Below, in pieces: positions 10,764-23,758 of a stretch of 64,000 bases of DNA. Where the stretch lies: NCBI RefSeq assembly GCF_001677475.2, contig NZ_CP015229.1. The stretch is one strand, 5' to 3'. How positions within the stretch are numbered: the first letter of the stretch is position 1; each line of letters starts with the position of its first letter. The translations under genes were made by a program, and so were the position numbers. The stretch comes from Escherichia coli (lineage in GTDB: Bacteria; Pseudomonadota; Gammaproteobacteria; Enterobacterales; Enterobacteriaceae). Below the pieces are notes generated by a model, which was not told the DNA's origin, searched no databases, and saw only the letters and a program-made list of their open reading frames with translations.

Positions 10764-10794
10764 AAAAAGGTCCGATGAGCATCGGACCTTTTAT
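10764..10794. terminator. Bidirectional rho-independent terminator between ygbN and the decarboxylase operon
   Basis: AAAGGTCCGAT-GAGC-ATCGGACCTTT hairpin flanked by an A-run upstream and TTTTATTT downstream; sits between convergent stops at 10756 and 10795. Confidence 0.75.
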
Positions 10795-11031
10795 TTAGCG
10801 CTTATCTGCCGCCAGCAGCGGCGGGATGCTCGGCACCATTGGCGCGTCATCAATATCTTTTTGTGTCATACGGAACGCTTGTGGGTAATGTTCACGGCTG
10901 GTGCGGCGTAGCGGTTCGGTATCGCGCCAGGTATAAAGGCAATGCTGGCACTGATATACCGTCCAGACATCTTTCACCGGCGATTTCGCCATCACTTCAA
11001 TCTGTTCATCGGCACAACGTGGACAAATCAT
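10795..11031 (-). CDS. Small subunit of UbiD-family (de)carboxylase (EcdD/KpdD/BsdD-like)
   Basis: 78 aa with Cys motifs (MICPRC...CQHC), directly downstream of the UbiD-like gene; arrangement typical of phenolic-acid decarboxylase BCD operons. Confidence 0.7.
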   Translation of the reverse strand: MICPRCADEQIEVMAKSPVKDVWTVYQCQHCLYTWRDTEPLRRTSREHYPQAFRMTQKDIDDAPMVPSIPPLLAADKR

Positions 11032-11041
11032 CTTCTTCTCC

Positions 11042-12469
11042 TTATTGACGCGCGGCCAGCATAGCGGTCAGTTTTTCAGCCCAGGCTTTGGTTTCCGGCA
11101 AATCCACCACCGGCTGGCTGTAGTGACCACGGTTGTCCGGGGCGACAGGCGTGGTGGCGTCGATAATCAGCTTGTCGGTGATGCCTGCCGGGCTTGAGCC
11201 AGGGTCGAGTTCCAGCACGGACATATTTGGTAGTTGCACCAAGTCGCCCGCCGGGTTCACTTTCGAGGAGAGCGCCCACATCACCTGCGGCAGGTTGAAC
11301 GGGTCAACGTCTTCATCGACCATAATCACCATCTTCACGTAGCCCAGACCGTGCGGCGTGGTCATCGCACGCAGGCCCACCGCGCGGGCAAAGCCGCCGT
11401 AGCGTTTTTTGGTGGAGATAATCGCCAGCAGGCCGTGGGTGTACATGGCGTTTACCGCCTGCACTTCCGGGAACTCGGCTTTCAGTTGTTGATACAGCGG
11501 TACGCAGGTGGCTGGCCCCATCAGGTAGTCGATTTCGGTCCACGGCATGCCGAGGTACAGCGATTCGAAAATCGGCCTGGTGCGGTAAGAGACTTTATCG
11601 ATGCGCACCACGGTCATGTTACGCCCGCCGGAGTAGTGTCCGGTAAACTCACCGAACGGCCCTTCGATTTCGCGTTTACGGCTTTCGATGACCCCTTCGA
11701 GGATCACTTCTGAACCCCACGGCACATCAAAACCGGTCAGCGGGGCGGTAGCGATCGGGTATGGGCTTTCACGCAGCGCGCCTGCCATTTCATACTCAGA
11801 CTGATCGTATTTCAGTGGCGTAGCCCCCATCAGCGTGATGATCGGATCGTTACCGAGCGTGATCGCAATCGGTAGATCTTCACCGCGCTCTTCTGCTTTA
11901 TGTAGATGCAGGGCGATATCGTGCATCGGCACCGGTTGTAGGCCGAGCTTTCGCTTGCCCTTCACTTCCATGCGGTAGATGCCGACGTTCTGCTTGCCGA
12001 AGTTATCCGGGTCGAGCGGATCGCGGGAAACCACGCAGGCTTTGTCGAGATAGAAACCGCCATCGCCATCGTTTAAACGAAACAGCGGCAGGATATCGAA
12101 CAGGTTAATCTCGTCGCTATCAACGGTGTTCTGCGCCCAGGCAGGATTGGCGCGGCGCTCCGGGGCAATCGGGAAGTTATCCCAGCGGCGAATAAACTCA
12201 TCAATCTGTTTTTTAACCGGAGTGTTTGCCGGCAGGCCGAGGGAAATCGCATGGTTCTGCCAGGAACCGATGGTATTCATCGCCACGCGGGCATCGGTAA
12301 AGCCGCGAATATTGTCAAACCACAGCGCCGGTGCGCCGTCGCCGATACGCCCGGTGGCGTTAGCTGCTGCTGCCAGATCCGGCTCAGCGTTCACCTCTTC
12401 GCTGATTTTCAGTAACTGGCCGTGGTCATCAAGCGCCTGTAAAAAGCTGCGTAAATCATCAAATGCCAT
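11042..12469 (-). CDS. UbiD-family prenylated-FMN-dependent aromatic-acid decarboxylase (EcdC/YclC-like)
   Basis: 475 aa; UbiD-like N-terminus MAFDDLRSFLQALDDHGQLLKISEEVNAEPDLAAAA. Confidence 0.85.
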   Translation of the reverse strand: MAFDDLRSFLQALDDHGQLLKISEEVNAEPDLAAAANATGRIGDGAPALWFDNIRGFTDARVAMNTIGSWQNHAISLGLPANTPVKKQIDEFIRRWDNFPIAPERRANPAWAQNTVDSDEINLFDILPLFRLNDGDGGFYLDKACVVSRDPLDPDNFGKQNVGIYRMEVKGKRKLGLQPVPMHDIALHLHKAEERGEDLPIAITLGNDPIITLMGATPLKYDQSEYEMAGALRESPYPIATAPLTGFDVPWGSEVILEGVIESRKREIEGPFGEFTGHYSGGRNMTVVRIDKVSYRTRPIFESLYLGMPWTEIDYLMGPATCVPLYQQLKAEFPEVQAVNAMYTHGLLAIISTKKRYGGFARAVGLRAMTTPHGLGYVKMVIMVDEDVDPFNLPQVMWALSSKVNPAGDLVQLPNMSVLELDPGSSPAGITDKLIIDATTPVAPDNRGHYSQPVVDLPETKAWAEKLTAMLAARQ

Positions 12470-13062
12470 TATTTATTCTCCTGAGAAAAATTCCGGGCCT
12501 GCGGCAATCCTTGCCAGCGCCTGGCGTGGGGATGTTCGAGGCCAAATTGATCCAGCACGCGGGCTACCACATGGTGGACAATGTCATCTACCGTTTCGGG
12601 ATGGTTATAAAAGGCAGGCATCGGCGGCACCATCGCCACGCCCATGCGTGAAAGTGCGAGCATATTTTCGAGATGGATGGTGCTAAGCGGCATTTCACGC
12701 GGCACCAGCACCAGTTTGCGGCCTTCTTTGAGCACGACGTCCGCCGCGCGCCCTACCAGGCCATCGGCGTAACCAGCGCGGATACCGGAGAGCGTTTTCA
12801 TACTGCACGGAATAACGATCATGCCGTCGGTACGAAAAGAACCGGATGAGATGATCGCCGCCTGATCCGCCGGGTTATGGCTGAAGTCTGCGAGGGCAGC
12901 AACATCGCGAGCGCTGTAAGGCGTTTCCAGTTCAATGGTGGTTTTCGCCCACTTCGACATCACCAGATGAGTCTCGACATTCGGCATCTCCCGCAGCGCT
13001 TGCAGTAATGCCACACCAAGAGGCGCACCGGTAGCCCCTGTCATCCCGACGATCAGTTTCAT
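12469..13062 (-). CDS. UbiX/Pad1-family flavin prenyltransferase (EcdB-like)
   Basis: 197 aa; N-terminal MKLIVGMTGATGAPLGVALLQAL is the UbiX/PAD1 flavoprotein signature; stop overlaps the UbiD-like start by 1 nt. Confidence 0.85.
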   Translation of the reverse strand: MKLIVGMTGATGAPLGVALLQALREMPNVETHLVMSKWAKTTIELETPYSARDVAALADFSHNPADQAAIISSGSFRTDGMIVIPCSMKTLSGIRAGYADGLVGRAADVVLKEGRKLVLVPREMPLSTIHLENMLALSRMGVAMVPPMPAFYNHPETVDDIVHHVVARVLDQFGLEHPHARRWQGLPQARNFSQENK

Positions 13063-13208
13063 TGCTTATTCTCTTAATTGTTCGTATACGAACGTTATTA
13101 TTAACATACTCCTTCATTTCCACAGCGGCAAGGATTGAAAAGTAACAACATCTTCTTCGTCACTAAAAAACCGCTATGATAGCGACAGAGAATTAGCCCG
13201 GAGTTTAC

Positions 13209-13616
13209 ATGGCGTTACGAAATAAAGCGTTCCATCAGTTACGACAGCTTTTTCAGCAGCACACGGCTCGCTGGCAGCACGAGTTACCTGACCTGACCAA
13301 ACCACAGTATGCGGTGATGCGCGCCATTGCTGATAAGCCTGGTATCGAACAGGTGGCACTGATAGAAGCAGCAGTCAGCACCAAAGCAACGTTGGCAGAA
13401 ATGTTGGCAAGAATGGAGAATCGTGGCTTAGTCAGACGTGAACATGATGCCGCTGACAAGCGGCGTCGCTTTGTCTGGCTGACTGCCGAAGGAGAAAAGG
13501 TACTTGCTGCGGCGATACCGATTGGTGACAGTGTGGATGAGGAATTTTTGGGGCGTTTGAGTGCAGAAGAGAAGGAGCTGTTTATGCAGCTGGTGCGCAA
13601 GATGATGAGCACATAG
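13209..13616 (+). CDS. MarR-family transcriptional regulator, divergent from the decarboxylase operon
   Basis: 135 aa; winged-helix MarR architecture (…QYAVMRAIADKPGIEQVALIEAAVSTKATLAEMLARMENRGLVRR…). Confidence 0.8.
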   Translation: MALRNKAFHQLRQLFQQHTARWQHELPDLTKPQYAVMRAIADKPGIEQVALIEAAVSTKATLAEMLARMENRGLVRREHDAADKRRRFVWLTAEGEKVLAAAIPIGDSVDEEFLGRLSAEEKELFMQLVRKMMST

Positions 13617-13624
13617 AATGCTGA

Positions 13625-13660
13625 TTGCCGGGTAGGACGCTGACGTGTCTTATCCAGGCG
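13625..13660. repeat. REP-like palindromic element
   Basis: GACGCTGACGTGTCTTATCCAGGC closely matches the E. coli REP core (GACGCTGACGCGTCTTATCAGGC). Confidence 0.4.
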
Positions 13661-13683
13661 ACAAAAACACATGCATCCCAAAC

Positions 13684-13720
13684 AAAAGAAAAAAGGCCAG
13701 CCTCGCTTGAGACTGGCCTT
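13684..13720 (-). terminator. rpoS rho-independent terminator
   Basis: GGCCAG / CTGGCC stem with 12-nt loop, followed on the minus strand by TTTTTTCTTTTGTTT; 17 nt after the rpoS stop. Confidence 0.7.
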
Positions 13721-13736
13721 TCTGACAGATGCTTAC

Positions 13737-14729
13737 TTACTCGCGGAACAGCGCTTCGATATTCAGCCCCTGCGTTTGCAGGATTTCGCGCAAACGGCGC
13801 AGGCCTTCAACCTGAATCTGGCGAACACGTTCACGGGTGAGGCCAATTTCACGACCTACATCTTCCAGTGTTGCCGCTTCGTACCCCAGCAAACCGAATC
13901 GACGTGCCAGTACTTCACGCTGTTTGGCGTTCAGCTCGAACAGCCATTTGACGATGCTCTGCTTCATATCGTCATCTTGCGTGGTATCTTCCGGACCGTT
14001 CTCTTTTTCATCGGCCAGGATGTCCAGCAACGCTTTTTCGGAATCACCACCCAGCGGGGTGTCTACCGAGGTAATGCGCTCGTTAAGACGAAGCATACGG
14101 CTGACGTCATCAACTGGCTTATCCAGTTGCTCTGCGATCTCTTCCGCACTTGGTTCATGGTCCAGCTTATGGGACAACTCACGTGCGGTTCGCAGGTAAA
14201 CGTTCAGCTCCTTTACGATGTGAATCGGCAAACGAATAGTACGGGTTTGGTTCATAATCGCCCGTTCAATCGTCTGGCGAATCCACCAGGTTGCGTATGT
14301 TGAGAAGCGGAAACCACGTTCCGGGTCAAACTTCTCTACCGCGCGGATCAGCCCCAGGTTGCCCTCTTCGATCAGGTCCAGCAACGCCAGACCACGATTG
14401 CCATAACGGCGGGCAATTTTTACCACCAGACGCAAGTTACTCTCGATCATCCGGCGGCGGGAGGCAACATCTCCACGCAGTGCGCGACGCGCAAAATAAA
14501 CTTCTTCTTCGGCCGTTAACAGTGGTGAATAACCAATCTCACCAAGGTAAAGCTGAGTCGCGTCCAACACACGCTGTGTGGCTCCCTGCGATAACAGTTC
14601 CTCTTCGGCCAAATCGTTATCACTGGGTTCCTCTTCTACTAAGGCCTTTTCGTCAAAAACCTCAACTCCGTTCTCATCAAATTCCGCATCTTCATTTAAA
14701 TCATGAACTTTCAGCGTATTCTGACTCAT
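13737..14729 (-). CDS. rpoS: RNA polymerase sigma factor RpoS (sigma-38)
   Basis: 330 aa from ATG 14729 ([14 protein letters not shown]…), GGAG SD upstream; sigma-70 regions 2-4 present. Full length, no premature stop. Confidence 0.95.
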   Translation of the reverse strand: MSQNTLKVHDLNEDAEFDENGVEVFDEKALVEEEPSDNDLAEEELLSQGATQRVLDATQLYLGEIGYSPLLTAEEEVYFARRALRGDVASRRRMIESNLRLVVKIARRYGNRGLALLDLIEEGNLGLIRAVEKFDPERGFRFSTYATWWIRQTIERAIMNQTRTIRLPIHIVKELNVYLRTARELSHKLDHEPSAEEIAEQLDKPVDDVSRMLRLNERITSVDTPLGGDSEKALLDILADEKENGPEDTTQDDDMKQSIVKWLFELNAKQREVLARRFGLLGYEAATLEDVGREIGLTRERVRQIQVEGLRRLREILQTQGLNIEALFRE

Positions 14730-14791
14730 AAGGTGGCTCCTACCCGTGATCCCTTGACGGAACATTTAAGCAAAAGCCTGGTTCCGCCGAT

Positions 14792-15931
14792 TTATCGCTG
14801 CGGCAAATAACGCAGCGGGTTTACGGATTTCCCCTTGTAACGAATTTCAAAATGCAAGCGTGTTGAACTGGTTCCGGTGCTACCCATGGTTGCTATTTTT
14901 TGCCCCGCCTTCACTTCTTGTTGTTCCCGGACCAGCATTGTGTCGTTATGGGCGTAGGCACTCAGGTAATCATCATTATGTTTGATGATAATCAGATTAC
15001 CGTAGCCGCGCAGCGCGTTACCGGCATAAACAACGCGGCCATCTGCGGTCGCGATAATTGCCTGTCCTTTGCTGCCTGCGATATCAATCCCCTTGTTGCC
15101 CCCCTCAGAAGCGCCAAAGGTTTCGATCACTTTACCCTCAGTCGGCCAGCGCCAGGTGGAGATAGGCGTACTGGTTGATGTACTGCTGACAGTCGGCTCG
15201 GTTGTGCTTGCTGTTGGTACCGTTACAGGCGCTGTGACCGTGGTCGCAGTTGGCTTGTTGTTCGGCAACATTTTGTTAGCACTCTGTTCACCCGAAGACT
15301 CAGAATACGTAATTGTCGGTTGCGAAGCAACAGCAACGGTGGAATTTTGTGCAGGCTTGATCACAACTCCTTGCTCTGCTGCGTCGGCCTGGGTAATGGC
15401 ATTTCCGCCAGTGATTGGAGTACCGGAAGCATTCCCCACCTGTAAGGTCTGACCGACGTTCAGCGCGTATGGTGCCTGAATATTGTTGCGCTGAGCAAGG
15501 TCACGGAAATCGTTGCCAGTAATCCAGGCGATATAGAAAAGTGTGTCGCCTTTTTTCACTGTATAGGTACTGCCGCTATAACTGCCTTTCGGAATGTTCC
15601 CATACTGACGGTTATAGACGATGCGTCCGTTTTCCATCTGTACCGGCTGCTGAGCTACTGGCTGCACCGGCTGGATTTGCGGTTGTTGAGTGGCCTGAAT
15701 TTGTGGCTGCTGTACCGGCTGAATTTGCGGTTGCTGAGTTGTAGACGTCGTCCCCATTTTCGGCGGCGGCGTAATCAACATACCAGAATTGGTATTTGCA
15801 GGCGCATTGCCATTAACGGAGCTGACCGGGGCCGGTGGATTTGAAGTGTCAGAACAGCCTGCCAGCCATAGCGAAACCAGTGACAAAGCCGCAATGCGGC
15901 GAACGGTGAATTTTGGGCTTCCCGCGCTCAT
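14792..15931 (-). CDS. nlpD: Murein hydrolase activator lipoprotein NlpD (LysM plus M23 peptidase domains)
   Basis: 379 aa; lipobox LAGCS, Gln/Pro-rich repeats, C-terminal M23 domain. Confidence 0.93.
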   Translation of the reverse strand: MSAGSPKFTVRRIAALSLVSLWLAGCSDTSNPPAPVSSVNGNAPANTNSGMLITPPPKMGTTSTTQQPQIQPVQQPQIQATQQPQIQPVQPVAQQPVQMENGRIVYNRQYGNIPKGSYSGSTYTVKKGDTLFYIAWITGNDFRDLAQRNNIQAPYALNVGQTLQVGNASGTPITGGNAITQADAAEQGVVIKPAQNSTVAVASQPTITYSESSGEQSANKMLPNNKPTATTVTAPVTVPTASTTEPTVSSTSTSTPISTWRWPTEGKVIETFGASEGGNKGIDIAGSKGQAIIATADGRVVYAGNALRGYGNLIIIKHNDDYLSAYAHNDTMLVREQQEVKAGQKIATMGSTGTSSTRLHFEIRYKGKSVNPLRYLPQR

Positions 15932-16070
15932 TTATCCCCCAGGAAAAATTGGTTAATAACCAGTGACATAATTACCGTGCAAGGCACCATACTGAACACT
16001 GGAAAAGATGTTCACGATACGCTGACCTGCGGCAAAATAACCAGGAAAAATCCAGGTATTTCCTCACGTT

Positions 16071-17432
<1,362 letters not shown>

Positions 17433-17452
<20 letters not shown>

Positions 17453-18482
17453 AATCACCTGTTGTGTTGATAAGTTCCCTGACAACGCTGGTTGCAAAAC
17501 TACCCGCCGGAAGCCAGAAACGGATTTCTACGGTGACGTCATCCCACCAGTTCCAGCTTAATTGTTGCGGATACAGCAGCATCGCTCTGCGCGCGGCTTC
17601 AACTTTTTCGCGCACCAGTAAGGCTTGTAATTCAGTTTCTGCGGCGACAGCTGCTTGTTCGAATGCCAGCGCTTCACGCTGAGTTCCCCATTCGCCACTG
17701 CCCGGCAATGTGGCGGTTATCATTAGCTCTTTATCGTTGACGCGACGCTGTAATTCCGCCAGTTCTTCGGTGGTTGCAACAAACCAGCTACCACGTCCGG
17801 CTAATTGTAGCGCATCGCCGTCAACAACTTGATTAACGTCTGCTTTTTTGAGGCGCTCAGCAACAATCTGATTAAACAACGCACTGCGGGCTGCCGACAA
17901 CCAAAAACTCCGTTTATTGCGATCGCGCACCGGAGTATTGGTTTGCGCCCAGCGCAGCGCGCCCTGCAAGTTGCTACCGCCAATCCCAAAACGTTGGGCA
18001 CCGAAGTAGTTCGGTACACCTTTTACGCAAATATCGATCAGACGTTGTTCAACGTCATCGCGATTGCTCACTTCGCGCAGAACCAGGGTAAAGGCGTTAC
18101 CTTTCAGCGCGCCTAAACGCAGCTTGCGCTTGTGCCGCGCATACTCCAGCACCTGGCAGCCTTCCAGTTGAAAGGCGCTCAGATCGGGCATTTCCTTGCC
18201 CGGCACGCGAGCGCATAACCACTGTTCCGTAACAGCATGTTTGTCTTTTTGCCCAGCGAAGCTGACTTCACGGGAATGAATTTTCAGGAATTTCGCCAGT
18301 GCATCCGCCACAAAACGGGTATTGCAGCCGTTTTTGAGGATTCTAACCAGAATATGCTCACCTTCACCATCAGGCTCAAAGCCCAAATCTTCCACCACCA
18401 CAAAGTCTTCCGGATTGGCTTTCAGCAGCCCGGTGCCTTGCGGTTTACCGTGGAGGTAAGTGAGATTATCAAACTCAATCAT
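17433..18482 (-). CDS. truD: tRNA pseudouridine(13) synthase TruD
   Basis: 349 aa; conserved position between ispF and surE. Confidence 0.93.
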
Positions 18483-18958
18483 TTTGTTGCCTTAATGAGT
18501 AGCGCCACCGCTTCACAGGCAATCCCTTCCCCACGTCCGGTAAATCCAAGTTTTTCCGTAGTAGTGGCTTTCACGTTAACATCATCCATATGGCAGCCGA
18601 GATCTTCGGCAATAAACACGCGCATTTGTGGAATGTGCGGCAACATCTTCGGTGCCTGAGCGATGATAGTGACATCGACGTTGCCCAGGGTATAACCCTT
18701 CGCCTGAATACGACGCCAGGCTTCGCGTAGCAGCTCGCGGCTGTCGGCACCTTTAAATGCCGGATCGGTATCCGGGAACAGTTTGCCGATATCCCCCAGC
18801 GCCGCCGCGCCAAGCAATGCATCGGTCAACGCATGGAGCGCCACGTCGCCATCAGAATGCGCCAGCAATCCTTTTTCGTAAGGAATGCGTACGCCACCAA
18901 TGATAATTGGGCCTTCACCGCCAAAGGCGTGTACGTCAAAACCGTGTCCAATTCGCAT
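18479..18958 (-). CDS. ispF: 2-C-methyl-D-erythritol 2,4-cyclodiphosphate synthase
   Basis: 159 aa; [14 protein letters not shown]…HSDGDV motif. Confidence 0.95.
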
Positions 18959-19668
18959 TATGTATTCTCCTGATGGATGGTTCGGGTGAGGTAAAACTCG
19001 GCCAGTGCCAAATCTTCCGGGCGCGTGACTTTAATGTTATCCGCGCGGCCTTCGACCAACTGCGGATGAAATCCGCAATATTCCAGCGCCGAGGCTTCGT
19101 CGGTAATGGTAGCGCCTTCATTTAGAGCGCGCGTCAGACAGTCATATAACAGCTCACGAGGGAAAAATTGCGGCGTCAGCGCGTGCCATAAGCCGTTGCG
19201 ATCAACGGTATGAGCAATGGCATTTTTGCCCGGTTCGGCACGTTTCATCGTATCGCGCACTGGTGCGGCGAGGATCCCCCCCGTGCGGCTGGTTTCGCTC
19301 AACGCCAACAATCGCGCGAGGTCATCCTGATGCAGACAAGGACGAGCGGCGTCATGCACCAATACCCACTGCGCGTCGCCAGCGGCTTTCAGACCTGCCA
19401 GCACGGAATCGGCACGCTCATCACCGCCATCTACAACGGTGATTTGCGGATGATTCGCCAGAGGAAGTTGTGCAAAACGGCTATCGCCAGGACTTATGGC
19501 AATGACGACATGTTTCACCCGGGGATGCGCCAGCAGCGCATGCACCGAGTGTTCAAGAATGGTTTGATTACCGATTGAGAGATATTGCTTAGGACATTCC
19601 GTTTGCATTCGACGGCCAAATCCGGCCGCCGGAACCACGGCGCAAACATCCAAATGAGTGGTTGCCAT
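18958..19668 (-). CDS. ispD: 2-C-methyl-D-erythritol 4-phosphate cytidylyltransferase
   Basis: 236 aa; N-terminal [11 protein letters not shown] motif; 1-nt overlap with ispF. Confidence 0.95.
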
Positions 19669-19686
19669 GTTAATTCCTGGGCTGAT

Positions 19687-19998
19687 TTATCGATTGTTTT
19701 GCCCCGCAGACTGTGCGCGCTTCGACGCGTCAGGCACCAGACGATAAAAAGTTTCGCCCGGCCTGGTCATGCTGAGTTCATTACGCGCACGCTCTTCGAG
19801 CGCCTCCTGGCCGCCATTGAGATCGTCAATTTCGGCAAAAAGTTGATCGTTTCGCGCTTTAAGTTTCGCGTTTGTAGCTTGCTGTGCCGCCACATCATCA
19901 TTGACGCGGGTATAGTCATGTATACCGTTCTTACCGAACCACAGCGAATACTGTAGCCAGACCAGAATAGCCAGCAACAGCAGCGTTAGTTTACCCAT
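19687..19998 (-). CDS. ftsB: Cell division protein FtsB
   Basis: 103 aa; N-terminal TM segment followed by a coiled coil. Confidence 0.93.
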
Positions 19999-20191
19999 CC
20001 TGCCCCCTGAAAAACGGCATCATCATCCCATGCATCCGAAGACGACTCTACATCCTCTGTTGGGGATACCGCGACAACGCGGGCAAATGTACCACATTTG
20101 TCCATTGTTACGTATACCCAGGGCGTGCAGAACATAATCTCATTATTAGTTACGGTTTGAATTATGAACAGAGGAGACAAGAAAGTACAAA

Positions 20192-20515
20192 TTAGCCCAG
20201 TAGCCACATAAACAGTGCGCCAAACATAATGCCTACTGTCACCAGGGTGAAAACAATACTGTAGCGTAGCTTTCCGTCCATCAATGAATGCAGCGCAATT
20301 CCCACCACTACCGCGACGGGCATCAGCGCCAGAAAGAAAGGCCAAGTGTAGATAAAAAAGAACAGCGTGTTAGAACCATAAATCAACATCGGCATCGCCA
20401 GCGCAAATAACCAGGAGATAAAACCGACCACGGCACCTGGCAGTGACCATGTGGTTTCTTCATCCTCAGTAAGGCTGTCGTTATTTGTTAGTGTAATGTT
20501 ATGGCTATTACGCAT
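20192..20515 (-). CDS. ygbE: Small inner-membrane protein YgbE (DUF3561)
   Basis: 107 aa, 3 predicted TM helices; conserved position upstream of cysC. Confidence 0.8.
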   Translation of the reverse strand: MRNSHNITLTNNDSLTEDEETTWSLPGAVVGFISWLFALAMPMLIYGSNTLFFFIYTWPFFLALMPVAVVVGIALHSLMDGKLRYSIVFTLVTVGIMFGALFMWLLG

Positions 20516-20564
20516 ATTTGATCCTGTTACTTTGACGAACCGGGCATGAAAACCCGGTGGTGTC

Positions 20565-21170
20565 TCAGGATCTGATAATATCGTTCTGTCTCAACAGATC
20601 TAATAATTGCTGTACCAAATTTGTTACTAATTGTTCACCATTGAGATGAATTTCTGCCGATTCAGGCGCTTCGTAAACGGAATCTATTCCCGTAAAGTTG
20701 CGCAGTTCACCGGCACGCGCTTTCTTATATAAGCCTTTTGGATCGCGGGCTTCGCAAATCGCCAGCGGCGTATCGACAAGCACTTCGATAAAGCGCCCTT
20801 CTCCTACGCGTTCGCGAACCATCTGGCGTTCGGCGCGGTGTGGGGAGATAAATGCGGTCAGCACCACCAGCCCGGCATCTACCATCAGGTTAGCCACTTC
20901 ACCGACCCGACGGATATTTTCTTTGCGATCGGCATCGCTAAAACCGAGATCACTGCATAAGCCGTGGCGAACGTTGTCGCCATCCAGCAGATACGTACTG
21001 ACGCCGAGTTTATGTAACGCCTCCTCCAGCGCCCCGGCGACCGTCGATTTACCGGACCCGGAGAGGCCGGTAAACCACAGCACTACACCGCGATGACCGT
21101 GGTGTAGTTCGCGTTGTTGTACAGTGACTGGATGGCTATGCCAGACGACGTTTTCGTCATGCAGCGCCAT
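20565..21170 (-). CDS. cysC: Adenylyl-sulfate (APS) kinase
   Basis: 201 aa; P-loop GLSGSGKST. Confidence 0.95.
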   Translation of the reverse strand: MALHDENVVWHSHPVTVQQRELHHGHRGVVLWFTGLSGSGKSTVAGALEEALHKLGVSTYLLDGDNVRHGLCSDLGFSDADRKENIRRVGEVANLMVDAGLVVLTAFISPHRAERQMVRERVGEGRFIEVLVDTPLAICEARDPKGLYKKARAGELRNFTGIDSVYEAPESAEIHLNGEQLVTNLVQQLLDLLRQNDIIRS

Positions 21171-22597
21171 TATTTATCCCCCAGTAAATCGCGCGCGCCC
21201 CAGTGTGGAAAGTGGCGGCGAACCAGGGCATTCAATTCCAGTTCGAATGCACTGAATTCAGATGGCGCAGCAGTCGCCTGGCTAACTGGCTCGTGCACCA
21301 TACCGGCACCCACGGTCACATTGCTCAGGCGATCGATAAAAATCAGCCCACCGGTAACCGGGTTTTGCTGATAGCGATCTAACACCAGCGGCTCGTCAAA
21401 AGTGAGATCCACCAGGCCGATGCCATTCAGCGGCAGGTTTTCAACTTCGCGTTGGGTAAGATTATTAATATCAACCTGATAACGAATGCCATCAACACGA
21501 GCACGCGTCTTCTTACCGGCAATTTTGATGTCGTAACTCTGGCCTGGGGAAAGCGGCTGTTCCGCCATCCATACCACATCCACCGACGCGCTCTGCACAG
21601 CCGGTAACGCTTCGTCTGCCGCCAGCAGCAGATCGCCACGGCTGATGTCGATCTCATCCGTCAGCACCAGGGTGATCGCTTCTCCGGCAAAGGCTTCTTC
21701 GCGATCGCCATCAAAAGTCACGATCCGCGCGACGTTTGATTCCACACCAGAGGGCAGCACTTTTACACGTTGCCCGACTTCCACGCGACCGGATGCCAGC
21801 GTTCCGGCGTAGCCACGAAAATCGAGATTCGGGCGGTTAACGTACTGCACCGGGAAGCGCATTGGCTGAACATCCACCACTCGCTGGATCTCCACGGTTT
21901 CCAGCACTTCGAGCAGTGTCGGACCGCTGTACCACGGCATACTTTCACTTTGCGAAGCCACGTTGTCACCTTCCAGTGCGGAGAGCGGCACAAAGCGGAT
22001 ATCCAGATTACCCGGCAGCTGCCCGGCAAAGGTCAGATAATCTTCACGAATACGGGTGAACGTCTCTTCACTGTAATCCACCAGATCCATTTTGTTGATC
22101 GCCACGACCAGATGTTTGATCCCCAACAGTGTGGAGATAAAACTGTGACGACGGGTTTGATCGAGCACGCCTTTACGGGCGTCGATCAGTAAGATCGCCA
22201 GTTCGCATGTCGATGCGCCGGTCGCCATATTGCGGGTGTACTGCTCGTGCCCAGGGGTGTCGGCGATAATAAATTTGCGCTTCTCGGTAGAGAAATAACG
22301 GTAAGCCACGTCAATGGTGATGCCCTGTTCGCGCTCAGCTTGCAGGCCGTCCACCAGCAGTGCCAGATCCAGCTTTTCGCCCTGAGTGCCGTGACGCTTA
22401 CTGTCGTTATGCAGCGATGAGAGCTGATCTTCGTAGATTTGGCGGGTATCGTGCAGCAGGCGACCAATCAGGGTACTTTTGCCGTCATCGACGCTACCAC
22501 AGGTCAGAAAACGCAGCAGGCTTTTATGTTGTTGCGCAATCATCCAGGCTTCGACGCCGCCTTCATTGGCGATTTGTTGTGCAAGTGCGGTGTTCAT
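21170..22597 (-). CDS. cysN: Sulfate adenylyltransferase subunit 1 (GTPase)
   Basis: 475 aa; G-domain motifs [19 protein letters not shown]. Confidence 0.95.
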   Translation of the reverse strand: MNTALAQQIANEGGVEAWMIAQQHKSLLRFLTCGSVDDGKSTLIGRLLHDTRQIYEDQLSSLHNDSKRHGTQGEKLDLALLVDGLQAEREQGITIDVAYRYFSTEKRKFIIADTPGHEQYTRNMATGASTCELAILLIDARKGVLDQTRRHSFISTLLGIKHLVVAINKMDLVDYSEETFTRIREDYLTFAGQLPGNLDIRFVPLSALEGDNVASQSESMPWYSGPTLLEVLETVEIQRVVDVQPMRFPVQYVNRPNLDFRGYAGTLASGRVEVGQRVKVLPSGVESNVARIVTFDGDREEAFAGEAITLVLTDEIDISRGDLLLAADEALPAVQSASVDVVWMAEQPLSPGQSYDIKIAGKKTRARVDGIRYQVDINNLTQREVENLPLNGIGLVDLTFDEPLVLDRYQQNPVTGGLIFIDRLSNVTVGAGMVHEPVSQATAAPSEFSAFELELNALVRRHFPHWGARDLLGDK

Positions 22598-22598
22598 C

Positions 22599-23507
22599 TT
22601 AAAAATACCCCTGACGTTTTTTCAACTCCATGGATCCCGCCTGGTCGCGGTCAATCACGCGACCCTGACGTTCACTGGTGGTGGAAACCAGCATCTCTTC
22701 GATGATTTCCGGCAGTGTTTGTGCATTTGACTCCACCGCACCGGTCAGCGGCCAGCAGCCCAGCGTACGGAAACGCACCATCCGTTTTTTAATCACTTCT
22801 CCCGGTTGCAGGTCGATACGGTTGTCATCAATCATCATCAACATACCGTCGCGTTCCAGAACCGGTCGTTCCGCAGCGAGATACAGCGGAACAATGTCGA
22901 TATTTTCCAGCCAGATGTATTGCCAGATATCCTGCTCGGTCCAGTTAGAGAGCGGGAAGACGCGAATGCTTTCGCCTTTGTTAATTTGCCCGTTGTAGTT
23001 GTGCCACAGCTCCGGGCGCTGATTTTTCGGATCCCAGCGATGGAAGCGGTCACGGAAAGAGTAGATTCGCTCTTTAGCGCGGGATTTCTCTTCGTCACGG
23101 CGCGCACCACCGAAGGCGGCATCAAAACCGTATTTATTCAGCGCCTGTTTCAGGCCTTCAGTTTTCATAATATCGGTATGTTTCGCGCTGCCATGAACGA
23201 ATGGATTAATCCCCATCGCTACGCCTTCCGGGTTTTTATGCACCAGCAGCTCGCAGCCGTAGGCTTTAGCCGTACGATCGCGGAACTCATACATCTCGCG
23301 GAATTTCCAGCCGGTATCGACATGCAGCAACGGGAAAGGCAGCGTACCTGGATAAAACGCCTTGCGCGCCAGATGCAGCATGACGCTGGAATCTTTACCG
23401 ATAGAGTAGAGCATCACCGGATTTGAGAATTCTGCCGCCACCTCGCGAATAATGTGGATGCTTTCCGCCTCCAGTTGCCGCAGGTGAGTAAGTCGTTTTT
23501 GATCCAT
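22599..23507 (-). CDS. cysD: Sulfate adenylyltransferase subunit 2
   Basis: 302 aa; PAPS-reductase-like fold (SIGKDSSV). Confidence 0.95.
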   Translation of the reverse strand: MDQKRLTHLRQLEAESIHIIREVAAEFSNPVMLYSIGKDSSVMLHLARKAFYPGTLPFPLLHVDTGWKFREMYEFRDRTAKAYGCELLVHKNPEGVAMGINPFVHGSAKHTDIMKTEGLKQALNKYGFDAAFGGARRDEEKSRAKERIYSFRDRFHRWDPKNQRPELWHNYNGQINKGESIRVFPLSNWTEQDIWQYIWLENIDIVPLYLAAERPVLERDGMLMMIDDNRIDLQPGEVIKKRMVRFRTLGCWPLTGAVESNAQTLPEIIEEMLVSTTSERQGRVIDRDQAGSMELKKRQGYF

Positions 23508-23758
23508 AACCGTTCCTTTGCAATACCGCTATTTTCTTGCCATCAGATGTTTCGACTATAGGGAGCGTAAGAGAACGAATGAAATTACCAATTAGAATGA
23601 GTAGTTCCTTAACGGAATAACGATTTGGCAAAGCTAATATCAAAAAGTGCTTAAGGCACCGGATTTCGGGCGTTTAGGAAGATTTGAAATTGTTTTAGCG
23701 CATCGGCAGTTTCATACTATGACGGTAAAAAAATTTGCATGGTATTTAAGGACTCACT

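Noticed and set aside
19986-20345. 119-aa ORF overlapping ftsB and ygbE
   Set aside because: Overlaps two conserved genes out of frame; no support beyond being open.
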